A stretch of 64,000 bases of DNA from Octopus bimaculoides (Eukaryota). Made by a program: the position numbers and the translations under genes. The stretch covers positions 53,089,547-53,153,546 of the forward strand of contig NC_068993.1 of the NCBI RefSeq assembly GCF_001194135.2, given 5' to 3'. Numbering within the stretch: position 1 is the first letter of the stretch; every line of letters starts with the position of its first letter. The notes beneath the pieces were generated by a model. That model saw only the letters and a program-made list of their open reading frames with translations. It ran no database searches and was not told the origin of the DNA. Below are positions 1 through 12,591 of this stretch, piece after piece.

Positions 1-2359
1 ACAAAAAAAAAACCCGTTATTCAGTGGTATCAATGTAGCAAAGAAGTTGATGGGGGAGGAATATACCAAACTCCTTATATCACACATTTCCAGCTGATAA
101 GCAAAACCAGTAAATGCCACCTTTCTCGGTGCATTATTTCTGCACATTAGAAAGGTGTCGGATCTAAAGTTCTTCCAATATTTATGACTTTTTTTGAAAT
201 AGTTGGTTTCCTTTAACTTGAGGCACTGGCCTCATTTTGAGGTTTACTGTTTAGCTAGTTTGTGTCATCTCTTAATGTATAAACAGCTGCTTGGTGATTG
301 ACAGAATTACAAGAAATTGTCTTTTTTCTTAAGTTACCTGTTACTAATTTTAGATGCATATCAAATCTTTTGCCTGTGGATCATTGTACACAAAATAAAC
401 ACTTTGAATCTAGCTTCTTAAGGTTCATTGTCGTCGTCATTTAACGTCTGCTTTCCATGCTAGCATGGGTTGGACGATTTGATTGAGGACTGGTGAAACC
501 AGATGGCTACACCAGGCTCTAATCGGATCTGGCAGAGTTGCGATATATAAATTTGATTTTCATTTACATACATCAAGAGTACAATCTTTAAAGAGTGTTG
601 CTACCAAATGATGTTACCCTTGTTGAAGTGTTATCTCAACATAATCTTCAAAGGTAATTAGAAATTTTATCACCAAAAGAGCTAATTTGATCCAAAAATG
701 AGATTAATCTTGACTGCACTTGTGTGTTTATTGAATTTCAAGTCAATAACTATACTGAGTTCCTTCTTTGTCTCAGCAGTTTCAAGAACTTGATCCTTTG
801 TCTCATTTGAATATCTGATTGTGGCTGAGTTTAAATAAGGAAGCACTTTTCTCTAACATTCAACAGTAATTGCTACCAAATTAAATTGTTTAGACTAACT
901 CTCCTTGCAAAACATTGTCATCCATATCATTGATATCTCTGTATTATTAGAAAAAAAAAGCTTGCACATTCTTTATGAAGATGAAAGATGCCAACCTGAA
1001 CAAGTATCGACTGTCAAAAAAGAAAGGCAGTTTTATTATTTACCAGGGAATCGACTAATTCATAAGCTCATCAGTATAATCAAAGTATTCAAAATTTGAT
1101 CCAATTTAAAACTTTCATTGCTTCATATCTAAATTTGCATTAGATATATTAAGATCTATGTAGAAACTTTGGGTTTTGCTTTGAAGTGGGGATAGTTGAG
1201 ATGGTCTGACATACAGTTGTTTGTGCATTTGAAGCAATTCAACACAATATCTCTTGATCTTATCTTAGCTTGGTACATTGCTTTTGATTATATTAAATGT
1301 AATTGATATTGGGTACAAGCTGTATCCTATTTAGTGTCCATGCAATGACACTAAATTGTTTTGCAAGTGTTAAAGAAAGAATTAGATGAATAGATGGTGT
1401 TGGTTTGTGATTAAAATGTCCTTGCAGGCTAACGTTTGACAAATATGTCAAGGCATTAAACAAATGAAACATAACTACAGTAGAAGATATGTTATATATC
1501 CTACTTAACAGAACTTGTTGTAGGGATCAAGATAGGAAAATTGTTGACTATGGAACCTCATGAGAGTTCATCTGCTTGCTCAGTAGTTTATAGCAATAGC
1601 AAAAAGTGTATTGGGAATTAGTTTTTGAATTCTAGAAGAAATTTTTGGGCTTTATTTTCTTTTAATTCTAAGCTTACTCTGTATAAACTATGATTATATT
1701 GAAACCGAAGGTTAATATATATTTGTGATTACAATTTTAGCAGAGATGTTTCAAAATTCTTTTATCCAAAGATTTATGCTAACATTCTTTTTATGTTCTG
1801 TAAAAATTAAATGTTAGTGTTAGAATTTTGGGGCCTTGTTTTTCAACAAAATATAAGAAATTTGTTCTGGAGTATTGCTCTCAGACATTTCATTATAAAA
1901 GATAAACATGAAATCATGGATTTTTATACTTTTTTTTTATAATCTTTTTCCTTTTGAGTTAAAAACACTTTATATAAAAAGAGAAATGTCTTCCTCTAAT
2001 TTTCTGGTTTTGATGTGATTTTCCTGAAAATGTTGACAATCTTTGTAAATGTTAAAGATGATTGAAATATTTTATTTCATGCTGTAAATATTCAATTTGA
2101 GCAGAATTTTTTTTTTTTAAATATTGAAATAACATTCAATAAACTATATTTCCAGATCCTTCTACTTAGGTGTCTATATATAATGCTAATTTTCTTTCAA
2201 GGTACAACAAAGATAGTTCATTTATTTAGAATGAACCAAGGTTCAAGAATTTTGTATGTTGCTTGGTACTTTGACCAAATGTCTTATCTTCTATAACGCT
2301 GAACTAACCAGTCTTGTGAGTTGATTTGGTAGATGGAAACTGAATATGTGTGTGCATGT

Positions 2360-2575
2360 ACAAGATGGTGTTGAAAAGTTCCTGGCTTTGGGTTGAAAGA
2401 AAATACAGGAGAATCGGTTAATATTTTATTCAGCATATTCCCTTCTTAGATTCACGCACTTATTGCAGTAGTCCTTCAGATTTGTAAGCCCTGTAAAAGA
2501 ACTTGAATGTTTAGCCTCCAACCAGGCCTTTTGCAATACTGTTAAAGCCAGGAATTTTTCGGTACCAACTCACAT
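2360..2575. mobile_element. Mariner-like MITE
   Basis: Imperfect TIRs TACAAGATGGTGTTGAAAAGTTCCTGGCTTT / AAAGCCAGGAATTTTTCGGTACC. Confidence 0.6.
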
Positions 2576-2749
2576 GTGATAGTTGTAAAGTGTTATTTGC
2601 TTCCTGTCTTCCATGAAAAACCTGTCCAGCTAAGGTAAAATATTACTTGGAAAACAGATAAGGGTGATGACAGGAAGGATATCCAGCTGTAGAACATCTG
2701 ACTTAGAAAAATGGGCATTAAAAGCAATGATATTTTTATCTCTATCTAG

Positions 2750-3470
2750 GTTCTCTTGCAGGATGCCCCAAGACTGTTTCCACAAGTTTTCCCCATTCAC
2801 CTCTATCTTCCATATTGATCCTCAACTCCTGTACCCCTTCCATACCAGTATCCTCCAGCAAGTTGTCGATCTAGGTCATCTTCCTCTCCTGGTTCTTCCT
2901 TCCGTTGGTTGCCAGAGCACTAGTTTGCTAGCAATATCATTGGTGTAGTCCCTGGAATAAGTCAGCATTTGTTGTATGACCCTTCCAGGAGACATTGAAT
3001 GCCATTCTAAGCATCCTCATATAACAACAGTCCAACTGCTTCTTCAATGCTTTAGTGAACGTCCATGTTTCACCCCCACTTTCCTTGCTAACTTTGAACT
3101 CCATACCTTTCTTAATTTATGGCATGTACTCTAGGCCAGAGCTTTCCTTGCTACGATCTTTTTCGGTATCCACACATTTTCAACTACCTTGAGCAACATA
3201 CCGTCTCTCACTGACACAGGCATTTCGTGGTTGAAACTTGCAGCTCTGTTTTCTTTGCATTACAGTCCAATCCTACCTTCTATTCCTGCTCTAATCTGCT
3301 CAGCACCTCCTGTGCTTGATCTGTCCTCATTGTTAGTAATGCCAGGTCATCAGTATAGTCTAGGTCAGTTGTTATTACTGTTTGATGCCGTCTATGTTTC
3401 TTATGCAGTTTGAATCCCAGTTCTTCCTTGCCCTTATACATTCTCTCTCTGTCATTTTCTAGTTCTTTCC
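2750..3470 (-). mobile_element. Degenerate RTE-type LINE, RT C-terminal half
   Basis: Minus-strand translation TTDLDYTDDLALL...KVGLDCNAKKTE and ASKLVLWQPTEGRTRRGR..IDNLLEDTG..ELRINMEDRGEW, with stops and frameshifts. Confidence 0.85.
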
Positions 3471-4621
3471 TTCAGAGTGGGAGGTATAGGTATGTGTTAC
3501 TTCTGTTTCATTACATCACAGAGGCAATTGTTAGAGATAGTGAATGTGTGGTAAAGTTATTTAGGGAGAGTGTTACTTACATGGTGAGAGGAAAGGTTTT
3601 GCAGTGTTTTCTCTGAGCTATGTCTTAGGACCGCAATGCCTCATCTTTAACACACTCTCATATCTACTATCATTCTCAGCACACTCATATCTGCCATCAA
3701 CAGCCTCCACCCTTACATATCTCTGACCTCCATCTCTGCCACTATATACATCTCTTTTTCCCCTGTTTTCCCACCTCACACATTTCCCTATTTTCTGCTC
3801 TATCAACTTGTTTATTATATTGCTATTCTCCACCCTCCCTGTACTGCAACTTATCTCCATAAGCCACTTGTATTTCTTTCGCCTTCCTCCCATACTGATA
3901 TTTTCCATTGACTACACCCCATCCTTGTTCATTACTCCTATCCCTGTCTCTAACTCTGTCACTCTCCTCTCTCTAACTCTGTCACTCTCCTCTCTCTCTC
4001 TCTCTTATCGACTTATCCAAACACCTACTCTTCCCAATCCTTTGTCTATATTCTCTCTTATACTCATCTTTTTTAACAAGCTCATTGCCTAATTGTGACA
4101 CTAGTGCCTGTTCTGATACTGTTTTTCTATACATCGTTGACAGGGAGATGAGTCACTGCTATCTCTAGTGGTCGAATGTCCATCATTGACAAAACCAAGG
4201 AAGGTCAAAATCATGTGATCTGGTGGTCCCGACACTAGGGATGACAGATTTATCTCCCTGCTGGCAATATAAACAATAGTGCTTTTTGCACCAAAAGCCA
4301 ATATGTGAGTTTCTCTCATGGTGTCTACCGCAGTATAGTTTGTTCTAACAGAACATTCATGTTCAAGTGGGGTGAAATATTACTCATCTTATACTTTGAG
4401 AGTATACTCTGACATACCCTCAAGGTATGAATTGTCTTCCATACAGCTACTCTCACCCATCCTTATATAATGTGGAGTAATCATGTATCTCTTACCTGTC
4501 CCTGTATTATAGTTTACACCATCAACACTAGCATAAAGCCACCTCCAACCCATGTCAATGTGAAAGATGGCCATTAGGCCATTAAATGATGTTGATTATA
4601 TTTATATATAAGACAGCAAGC

Positions 4622-5105
4622 TAGGGAGCGTTCGAGACGGCGAGTAAAACGATGAGGAGCAGTCAAGCAGGAAGTAAAAAAGCAGGGGAGCGTTCAAGAC
4701 GGAGTAAAATTATGGGGGAGCATTCGAGACGGCAAGTAAAATGATGGGAAGCTTTCAAGACAGGAAGTAAAACAATGGGGAGCTTTTGAGACAGGGAGTA
4801 AAATGACAGGGAGCGTTCAAGCCAGGGAAAAAAGTGCGGGGGAGCATTCGAGACAGGGAGATAAACGACGCAGGAGCGTTCGAGACAGGGAGTAAAACGA
4901 TGGAGGAGTAATCGAGACGGTGAGTAAAACTATGGCGAGTGTTCATGACAGGGACAAAATCGCGGGGGAGCATTCGAGAGGGGGAGTAAAATGATGGAGT
5001 GCGTTCAAGACAGGATGTAGAAAAACGGGAGAGCATTCAAGAAAGGGAGTAAAACGACGGGGAAGCGTTTGAGACAGCTAATAAAACAACGGGGTGCACT
5101 CGAGT
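4622..5105 (+). repeat. Diverged 31-bp minisatellite, about 15 units plus a partial unit
   Basis: Consensus GGGAGCGTTCGAGACAGGGAGTAAAACGATG; units aligned by eye. Confidence 0.9.
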
Positions 5106-5221
5106 ATTTTAATACGTGTCATGAGAGGCAAGACAATTTTCTTCTTCTTCATTTTTTTATCTGGAACGCAAGATTCTTTATGTGAATTCATGTGTGGGAA
5201 AAAAATTTTTCTCATCTCAGG

Positions 5222-5446
5222 AGAGTTACCATGCCAATATAATTAACACACACCGGTTCAATTCCACTCATTTATTAAATACCCAATTTTTTTGTGAAAG
5301 CTCTTTCATTGCTTTTTTGCAACTTTCTCAGTGAAGAAGGTTACAAAAATGCAACAAGAGAGATCTGACAAAAAATTGGATATTTGATAAATGAGTGGAA
5401 TTGAACCAGTGTGTGTGTGTGTTAATTATATTGGCTTGATGACTCT
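5222..5446. repeat. Foldback (long imperfect palindrome), probable MITE
   Basis: Arm GCCAATATAATTAACACACACCGGTTCAATTCCACTCATTTATTAAATACCCAATTTTTT is mirrored at 5370-5436; pairing continues to a ~7-nt loop near 5318-5324. Confidence 0.9.
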
Positions 5447-5919
5447 GCCTAGGCACAACAATTTTTTTTTTTTTGTGTGTGTGTGTGTTATTGGTAAATA
5501 GTTTGGTTCTGCTGTGGTTAACCTGTTTGTACAGGTAGGTTTTAGTCTTTCAAAGTATAGTTGGATGTGGAGATGTGGAAAAAGAAGCATCCAGAATGCC
5601 TTGAGTATATGAGGCTAAGACAAAAGGGATACTTTGGAAAAGCAAATCAGTATAACTACATTTTAATTTTATTGATTTAGGGATGCAAGATTAATTTTGG
5701 AGTAGTCAGAAATCATGTTGGATTTTTTTTAAAAAACATGAAATTTCTGAATTATTAAAAGGTTCAGAATTAGTCTTTTGAATATTTGAGAGACTGTATG
5801 GAAAGAAAAGTTCAGTTTGTATGATGTTGGCCCAGTATCATTCAGCTTGGTGGTATTTTATCCAATTTCAAAAGTCTGGTGATTTGGCAGGATTGTCCCT
5901 AGAGATAGTTTCACAAGAA

Positions 5920-6050
5920 CGTATCGTCATCATCTTGTTGAGCTTGCTTGGACATTTTTAACCCACATATGCAGTCCTGCATTAGTTGAGGGAGGTCTTC
6001 ACGGAGGCATCTGGTGAGTTGATCTACATATGTTGTGTTCAACAAGAACA
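5920..6050 (-). mobile_element. 3' end remnant of an RTE-like LINE with (GAT)n tail
   Basis: Minus strand reads TTYVDQLTR..EDLPQLMQD then CAAGCTCAACAAGATGATGACGAT. Confidence 0.65.
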
Positions 6051-7959
6051 TATAAATGATGGAAATAATAAATAAGACTTTGTTTGGAACACAGAAAAGT
6101 TTTTATTCTCTCAAAAATATCATTATAACTAAGTATTTAACTTTAGTTTTTGTTGTATGAAGGTATTCTTTTAATCTTTTGCTTGCCAGAAAGTTTTTAT
6201 AGAAACAGATACAGCCTTTAGCAGGTTGATAAAGGCTATCTCTGTTATTAAAACCACCAATATCAATAATACAAACTCTTATCTCTTTCAAATCCAAAAT
6301 TTTATTAAATATAAATATGATCCACAACCTTATACTGAAATAAAAATCAATATTCCAAAATAGAAAAACAAAATGCCATACCTTTTCAGATTATCATTCC
6401 AAAATTAACATTCCTTCTTTTGGTTAATTACCTCTAAAAATCCCCCAAAAAAGAAACAATACAATTGTGTCCTTCACATTTACCTGTTTCAGTATTTTAT
6501 CAATAAAAAACCATATATTCTTTAAAAGCTTTGGTTCTAACGTTCAAAATACCAACATTTTGACTCTTTGTATGATTGATTCTTGACATTTCCCCAGAAA
6601 CTGTTTTCATCTTGATCCAAATCCTATAAGCAATAGTTGTAACAAAAAAGTAAATCAATTATTGTATGGAGTGCATTGGCAATAAATACTGATTTCAAAT
6701 TTTGGCACAAGGCCAGCAAAGGGATAAGTCAATTACATCAACCACAGTTCAAATGATACTTATTTTATTGATCCCAAAAGAGTGGAAAGTAAAGTTAACC
6801 TTAGCACATAAAATCAGGAAAAATGCCACTAAGCATTTTGTCTGGTATGCTAACAATTCTTTTCTACTCTAGGCACAAGGCCCGAAATTTTGGGGGAGGG
6901 GCCAGTCAATAAGATTGACAACTGGTAATTAATTTATCAACTCCAAAAGGATGAAAGGCAAAGTCGATCTCAGCAGAATTTGAACTCAGAACGTAAAAGC
7001 AGGCGAAATACCATCATCATCTTCATCAAAAAGTTTTCAGATATATTTTTTGGTTTATGGTACTCTTTATTTGTAAAATAAAAACATTGCACAAAATAAT
7101 ATTAGTGTCGTAAGACAAGCTACTAGTTACTGAATTATACACCGTGGTCATATATTTGAAATAGTTCGTGACATCAGTGAAAACCCAGTTACTAATTGCC
7201 TGTTTCTTCTCAATTTTCATTGAATAAATATTCCTACAAAAGAAATGTAATAATTTTTTCAAATTATCAATATATTGTACGTATTTTTACACATTAAGGC
7301 ACCATATTTATGTACAGAAAAGGTTAGTATCTCATTAGAAATAGTTTCTGAGTTAGCTGTTAGGCCAGCAATTTTGAGAAGAGATAGTTAATTGATACCA
7401 TTGATTCCCAGCACTAGATCAGTATTTTATCAACCCTGAAATGACAAAAAGTAAAGTTGACCTCAGCATGTAAAGAGCCAGTAGAAATATCATACAGCAT
7501 TTTTTTTCTGACATAATGATTCTGCCAGATCACCACCTGAAACAAGCTTTAAATATTCGTTTCAAATTTTAACACAAGACCTGCAGCTTTGGTGGAAGGA
7601 GTAAGTAGATTACATCAATCCCAACAATCAATTAGTACTTATTTTATTGACTCCAAAAGGATGAAAGGCAAAGTTGTCCACAGCGGAATTTGATATTAGA
7701 ACATAAATACAGACAATATGCCGCTAAGCATTTTGCCCAGTATTATAACACTTCTGCTTGCTCACCACCTTAAACAAGCTTTAAATATTTCCAAACCTGG
7801 AATTATTGTGTTCTGTTTAAATGCCTAAAAGTTAATATGACAAATACCAAAGCATTATTTAATCATAATGAGCATGAAATGCAAGTATCGTAAAGGAAGT
7901 GTTCTAGCTTAATACGTGAGAACAGAATAAAATCTTAATATTGTGTGAGTAACCCTTTT

Positions 7960-8383
7960 GTTGACCTTTGGAAATGTGCTGTGCGTGAGAAGACCCGGCA
8001 AGCCAAGTAAGATCGTTGCCAGTGCCCCTGGACTGGTTCTTGTGCGGGTGGCACATGAGATGCACCATTTTGAGCGTGGCCATTGCCAGTACCGCCTGAC
8101 TGGCTCCCGTAGGATTTTCGAGCGAGATCGTTGCCAGTGCCCCTGGACTGGCTTGTGCGGGTGGCACATAAAAGACACCATTTCGAGCGTGGCCGTTTTC
8201 GTGCGGGTGACACGTAAAAGCACCCACTACACTCTCTGAGTGGTTGGCGTTAGGAAGGGCATCCAGCTGTAGAAACTCTGCCAAATTAGATTGGAGCGGT
8301 GTAGCCATCTGGTTCACCAGTCCTCAGTCAAATCGTCCAACCCATGCTAGCATGGAAAGCGGACGTTAAACGATGATGATGAT
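7960..8383 (+). mobile_element. Young SINE family C with RTE-like (GAT)n tail; near-identical copies at ~18050-18297(+), 63772-64000(-), 428-540(-)
   Basis: Shared 3' body GGTTGGCGTTAGGAAGGGCATCCAGCTGTAGAAAC...GCATGGAAAGCGGACGTTAAACGATGATGAT. Confidence 0.88.
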
Positions 8384-8720
8384 TTCTGTTGAAATATACT
8401 GCTTTTGTTTCAATTAATTTTTTAAATAATTGAGAATTTAATCAAATAACTTTGTCGTTATTAAGCTGCTGTTTGTAAAATAAATTAACATGAAATTGTG
8501 GTGAAAGGTCCTAATTTAAATCTCTTTGAAAAAAAGAAGTTTATATCATAGAACCTGGAGTAATCTCAGATAGGCTGGTATTCGAAAGGGTTAATGTGAG
8601 AAATGTCACCACAAAAGGTGCTGGCAAATTATAACAAAAATCAAGATTTTAGGCATTTCAAAAACACAAAATTAATTACAAGAATGATCATTCTCTTGGC
8701 AAATAAGAGTTTCTTCTATA

Positions 8721-8935
8721 AGGTGGTGAGCTGGCAGGAACGTTAGCATGCCAGACAAAATGCTTAGCGGTATTTCATCTGTCTTTACATTCTGAGTTCA
8801 AATTCCACCAAGGTCGACTTTGCCTTTCATCCTTTGGGGTTGATAAATTAAGTACCAGTTGCCTACTGGGGTTGATCTAATCAACTGCCTCCCTCCCCAA
8901 AACTTTCAGGCCTTGTGCCTAGAGTAGGAAAAAAA
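8721..8935 (+). mobile_element. tRNA-derived SINE family A; further copies at ~6690-7010(-), 7367-7539(-), 7558-7771(-), 13105-13320(-), 24625-24790(-), 26210-26360(-), 32323-32515(+), 60520-60725(-)
   Basis: A-box-like GGTGAGCTGGCAG, B-box GAGTTCAAATTCC, shared body GTCGACTTTGCCTTTCATCCTTT..GGGGTCGAT..GGCCTTGTGCCTAGAGTAG; not assigned among the named octopus SINEs (OK/OR1/OR2). Confidence 0.85.
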
Positions 8936-10276
8936 AAGGGTTTCTCTCATTATGTGAAATATAAACTGTGTGAAATATGCCCAAGCATGTTATTTCATGG
9001 TAGTAAAATTTGTCTTTAGCATGGAAGATTTGCAGAGAACAAGGTAACTAGAGAGTTTATGGGTAATAAAGGTATCAAATGATGGATACAATAGAGGCTA
9101 CTGCCGGTAGTCATGAAATTTCTGTTCATTTAATAAATGCTGAAAGACCATGTTAAACAAAGTTTGAGTAATAGGGACCAATGAACATATGCATAGAATA
9201 ATAACTTTTTTTTTTTATAGGGAGAGCTTATGGTTAATCAACTTAATCAAATCTTGTATATTACTAGTTATTATTATCATATTCCTCTCCACAAGAACAA
9301 AAGGCAATATAGTTTTGCCAGGATGAAACACAGAAATGGATATTATAACCTGCTTTTTATTGATTTGATATTCGAACTTGCAATGGAGAATAAGCAAAGC
9401 AATCAAATTGTGCAAGAAAAGTTCAACATTAGTCTTTGAATATTCAGAATTAATGTTATGTTGTTCAAATATTTACACTGGACATTTGGATATTTGATTA
9501 ATAATGCATGTGACAAGATAGGGTAATAGCCCTGGTAAACATCTCAAGTGGGTTTGGCAAGATAAAAATGTCATCAGTTCAAGTTATAAAATGGTTGGTG
9601 TAAAGAAGAGCATCATGGCATCATCAATAATATTAATACACCAATTTGTTTTTGTACATACCTGACGTGTGTGTCACACTTAAGAGAAAGAAATTTTGTT
9701 ACTTGAATAAAAATTTTTAACTTGATCTCTTGTAATTTCTGGCAGAGATTTGAAACCACCACCTATATGTTGTATTACTACTTCTCAACACCCATGCCTA
9801 CTGGTACACCAAAACAGCAACAATCTTAATGGGAAAATTAGGGTACTTAAATTTGATGCATCAGTTGAGCAAGGGAGAGAGGAAGTGAGAAAGAAAGGTT
9901 TCTCTCAGCTTCCGTCAACCAAATCCACTCACAAGGCTTTGGTTGGTCTGAGACTATGGTAGAACACACTTGCCCAAGGTGTCACACAATGGGACAGAAC
10001 CCAGAGCCATATGGCTAGGAGGCAAACTTCTTACCACACAGTCATACCTGCACTTAAAAATAGGCACACATATATTCTTTTATTCTGTTATTCCTTTACT
10101 TGTTTCAGTCATTTGATTGTGGCCATGCTGGAGCACTGCCTTTAGTTGATCAAATTGACCCCAGGACTTATTCTTTGTAAGTCTTGTACTTGTTCTATTG
10201 GTCTCTTTTGCCAAACTACTAAGTTACGGGGACATAAACACACCAGTATCGGTTTTCAAGTGATGTTGGGGGGACA

Positions 10277-10312
<36 letters not shown>

Positions 10313-10648
10313 TATACATATACATATATATATATATATATGCGACAGGCTTCTTTCAGTTTCCAACTACCAAATCCACTCACAAGGCTTTGGCTGGCCC
10401 AAAGCTATAGTAGAAGACACTTTCCCAATGTGCCATACAGTGGGACTGAACTCGGAACCATGTGGCTGGTAAGCAAGCTACTTACCACACAGGCACTCCA
10501 TATACATTTATATAATCACTATCATTATCATTTAATGCTTGTCTTCCATGTTGGCATGAGCTGGACATTTCAACAAGATTTCTACAAGCCAGTTGACTGT
10601 GCTAAGTTCCAATATCTACGGCTTGATGCCCTTCCTAATGCCAACCAT

Positions 10649-10878
10649 TTAAACCCTTTTGATACAATCCTGGCTGAAACTGCCTCTGGCTCTGTAGTAC
10701 AAATGTCTTGTTTTCAAAAGTTCTGAATTAAAATCTTCCACCAAACCTTAGTCACAATTTATGTTTTTAACACTAGCTTAATGATAACTAAGTTTTTTAC
10801 TAAATTCTTTGTTATATTTAAAATTAATTGAAAGAAACACAGAGCATCTCAGCAAAAATATGGTAACAAAAAGGTTAA
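10649..10878. mobile_element. piggyBac-like MITE; related truncated copy at ~8385-8594
   Basis: Ends TTAAACCCTTTTGATAC...GGTAACAAAAAGGTTAA; the second copy ends AAAGGGTTAA. Confidence 0.55.
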
Positions 10879-11059
10879 GAGTGTGCTGGGTGCTTTTTCA
10901 TAGCACTGACACCAGTGAGGTCACAAGACATGACCCCCTCAACTGAGCATAGGCACAATATTGAGGGAGGTGAATTTGTGTCAGAGCTTGAGGGGTTAAA
11001 GTATGAAAGAGTAATCAGCGTCTTGCTATAGAGGTGATACATAGCTACCATCATATATA

Positions 11060-11464
11060 NNNNNNNNNNNNNNNNNNNNNNNNNNNNNNNNNNNNNNNNN
11101 NNNNNNNNNNNNNNNNNNNNNNNNNNNNNNNNNNNNNNNNNNNNNNNNNNNNNNNNNNNNNNNNNNNNNNNNNNNNNNNNNNNNNNNNNNNNNNNNNNNN
11201 NNNNNNNNNNNNNNNNNNNNNNNNNNNNNNNNNNNNNNNNNNNNNNNNNNNNNNNNNNNNNNNNNNNNNNNNNNNNNNNNNNNNNNNNNNNNNNNNNNNN
11301 NNNNNNNNNNNNNNNNNNNNNNNNNNNNNNNNNNNNNNNNNNNNNNNNNNNNNNNNNNNNNNNNNNNNNNNNNNNNNNNNNNNNNNNNNNNNNNNNNNNN
11401 NNNNNNNNNNNNNNNNNNNNNNNNNNNNNNNNNNNNNNNNNNNNNNNNNNNNNNNNNNNNNNNN
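11060..11464. other. Assembly gap (N); further gaps at 24101-24287 and 41451-41460
   Basis: N runs, each flanked by TA/CA microsatellites. Confidence 1.
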
Positions 11465-11478
11465 TATATATATATATA

Positions 11479-11904
11479 TATTGGTTCATCCCATAAATAA
11501 TGCAGATTTTTCAATTGCATGAACTAAAAGTCAGAGGGGGACGGGATAAACTACCTGCATCAACTTGCGACAAAAGCAGGTAGTAATTTTCCCTTGGTCT
11601 TATTCTTAGTGCAATTTTTGAAGAGTGCAGTTCTGTTTATAATTTATTCCACAGTCTTCAAAATCATTTGGACAAAAAAATATGAATTCTGTAGACAAGG
11701 TCAGAACAGTACTGGAGGAGTATTTTTTTTATCATGGACATGTGAATTTTGGAAGTGGGGCCTTGCAAGTCTACCAGATAGATGGAAGAGCATTGTAGAA
11801 AATGAAGGGGAATATATTTTAGATTAAAAAGAACTTTGTTTATCTTAATTTTGAAAAATAAAAGAGGTATGAAAAAACTGCATTATTTATGGGATGCCCC
11901 AATA
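11479..11904 (+). mobile_element. Deleted mariner element inserted in a (TA)n tract
   Basis: TIRs TATTGGTTCATCCCATAAATAATGCAG / CTGCATTATTTATGGGATGCCCCAATA; remnant mariner C-terminus FWKWGLASLPDRWKSIVENEGEYILD. Confidence 0.85.
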
Positions 11905-12511
11905 TATATATATATAATGACTGGCTTCTTATAGTTTCCATCAACCGAGTCCATTCACAAAGCTTTGGTCGACCCAGGGTAAGACATCCAAAGTGCCATG
12001 TATCAGGGCTGAACCTGAAACCATGTAGTTGGGAAGCAAGCTTCTTACCACACAACCATACATACTCCTGCTGTCTCCCACTCTCTTTCTCTCTTTCCCT
12101 TGCTCTTCCCTTTAGCTGTGTAACCATGTATCCCTTTTACAGCAGCACACATGTTTGTGCCCCCCCCTCTCTCTCTCCAGGTAACCATGTCACTCCTCCA
12201 CAGCAAGACATCTCTGTCTCTCTGTCACACTCTAACCTCTCATCATCTGACACAAGATCGCTTCCTCCAATGCCCCCTCCCCTCTCAAAAATTCTTTGTC
12301 TTGCAAGTTACTTGGTGACCCTGCTGGTGTTGGTGTTGCATAAAAAGCATCCAGTCCACACTGTGAAGTGGTTGGCATTTGGAAGGACATCCAGCTGTGA
12401 AAATCATGCCAAAACAGACACAGGTGCCTGGTGTAGTCTTCTGTCTGATTCCTGTCAAACCGTCTAACCCATGCCAGCATAGATGGTGGATGTTAAATGA
12501 TGATGATGATG

Positions 12512-12522
12512 ATATATATATA

Positions 12523-12588
<66 letters not shown>
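12512..12588 (+). repeat. (TA)n(GA)n microsatellite; others at 17344-17384 (GT), 17975-18030 (CAT), 24468-24495 (GA), 25406-25442 (TA), 27180-27241, 33778-33811, 41430-41500
   Basis: Direct reading. Confidence 0.95.

Positions 12589-12591
<3 letters not shown>

Noticed and set aside
1-2300. Short exon-like segments (e.g. ~600-653, ~1511-1620, ~2200-2240)
   Set aside because: In-frame stops or no consistent frame, and no recognisable protein
4622-5105. CRISPR-like appearance
   Set aside because: Contiguous diverged tandem units without unique spacers, a eukaryotic context and no cas genes
5891-6013. Apparent plus-strand exon IVPRDSFTRTYRHHLVELAW.. with AG/GTGAGT ends
   Set aside because: It is the antisense of an RTE LINE 3' end, and no neighbouring exons were found
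7904-8317. Four overlapping ORFs of 92-137 aa
   Set aside because: They lie within the GC-rich family C SINE modules; no protein similarity recognised
10875-11522. Long ORFs spanning N runs (also 23917-24370)
   Set aside because: Artefacts of gaps translated as X
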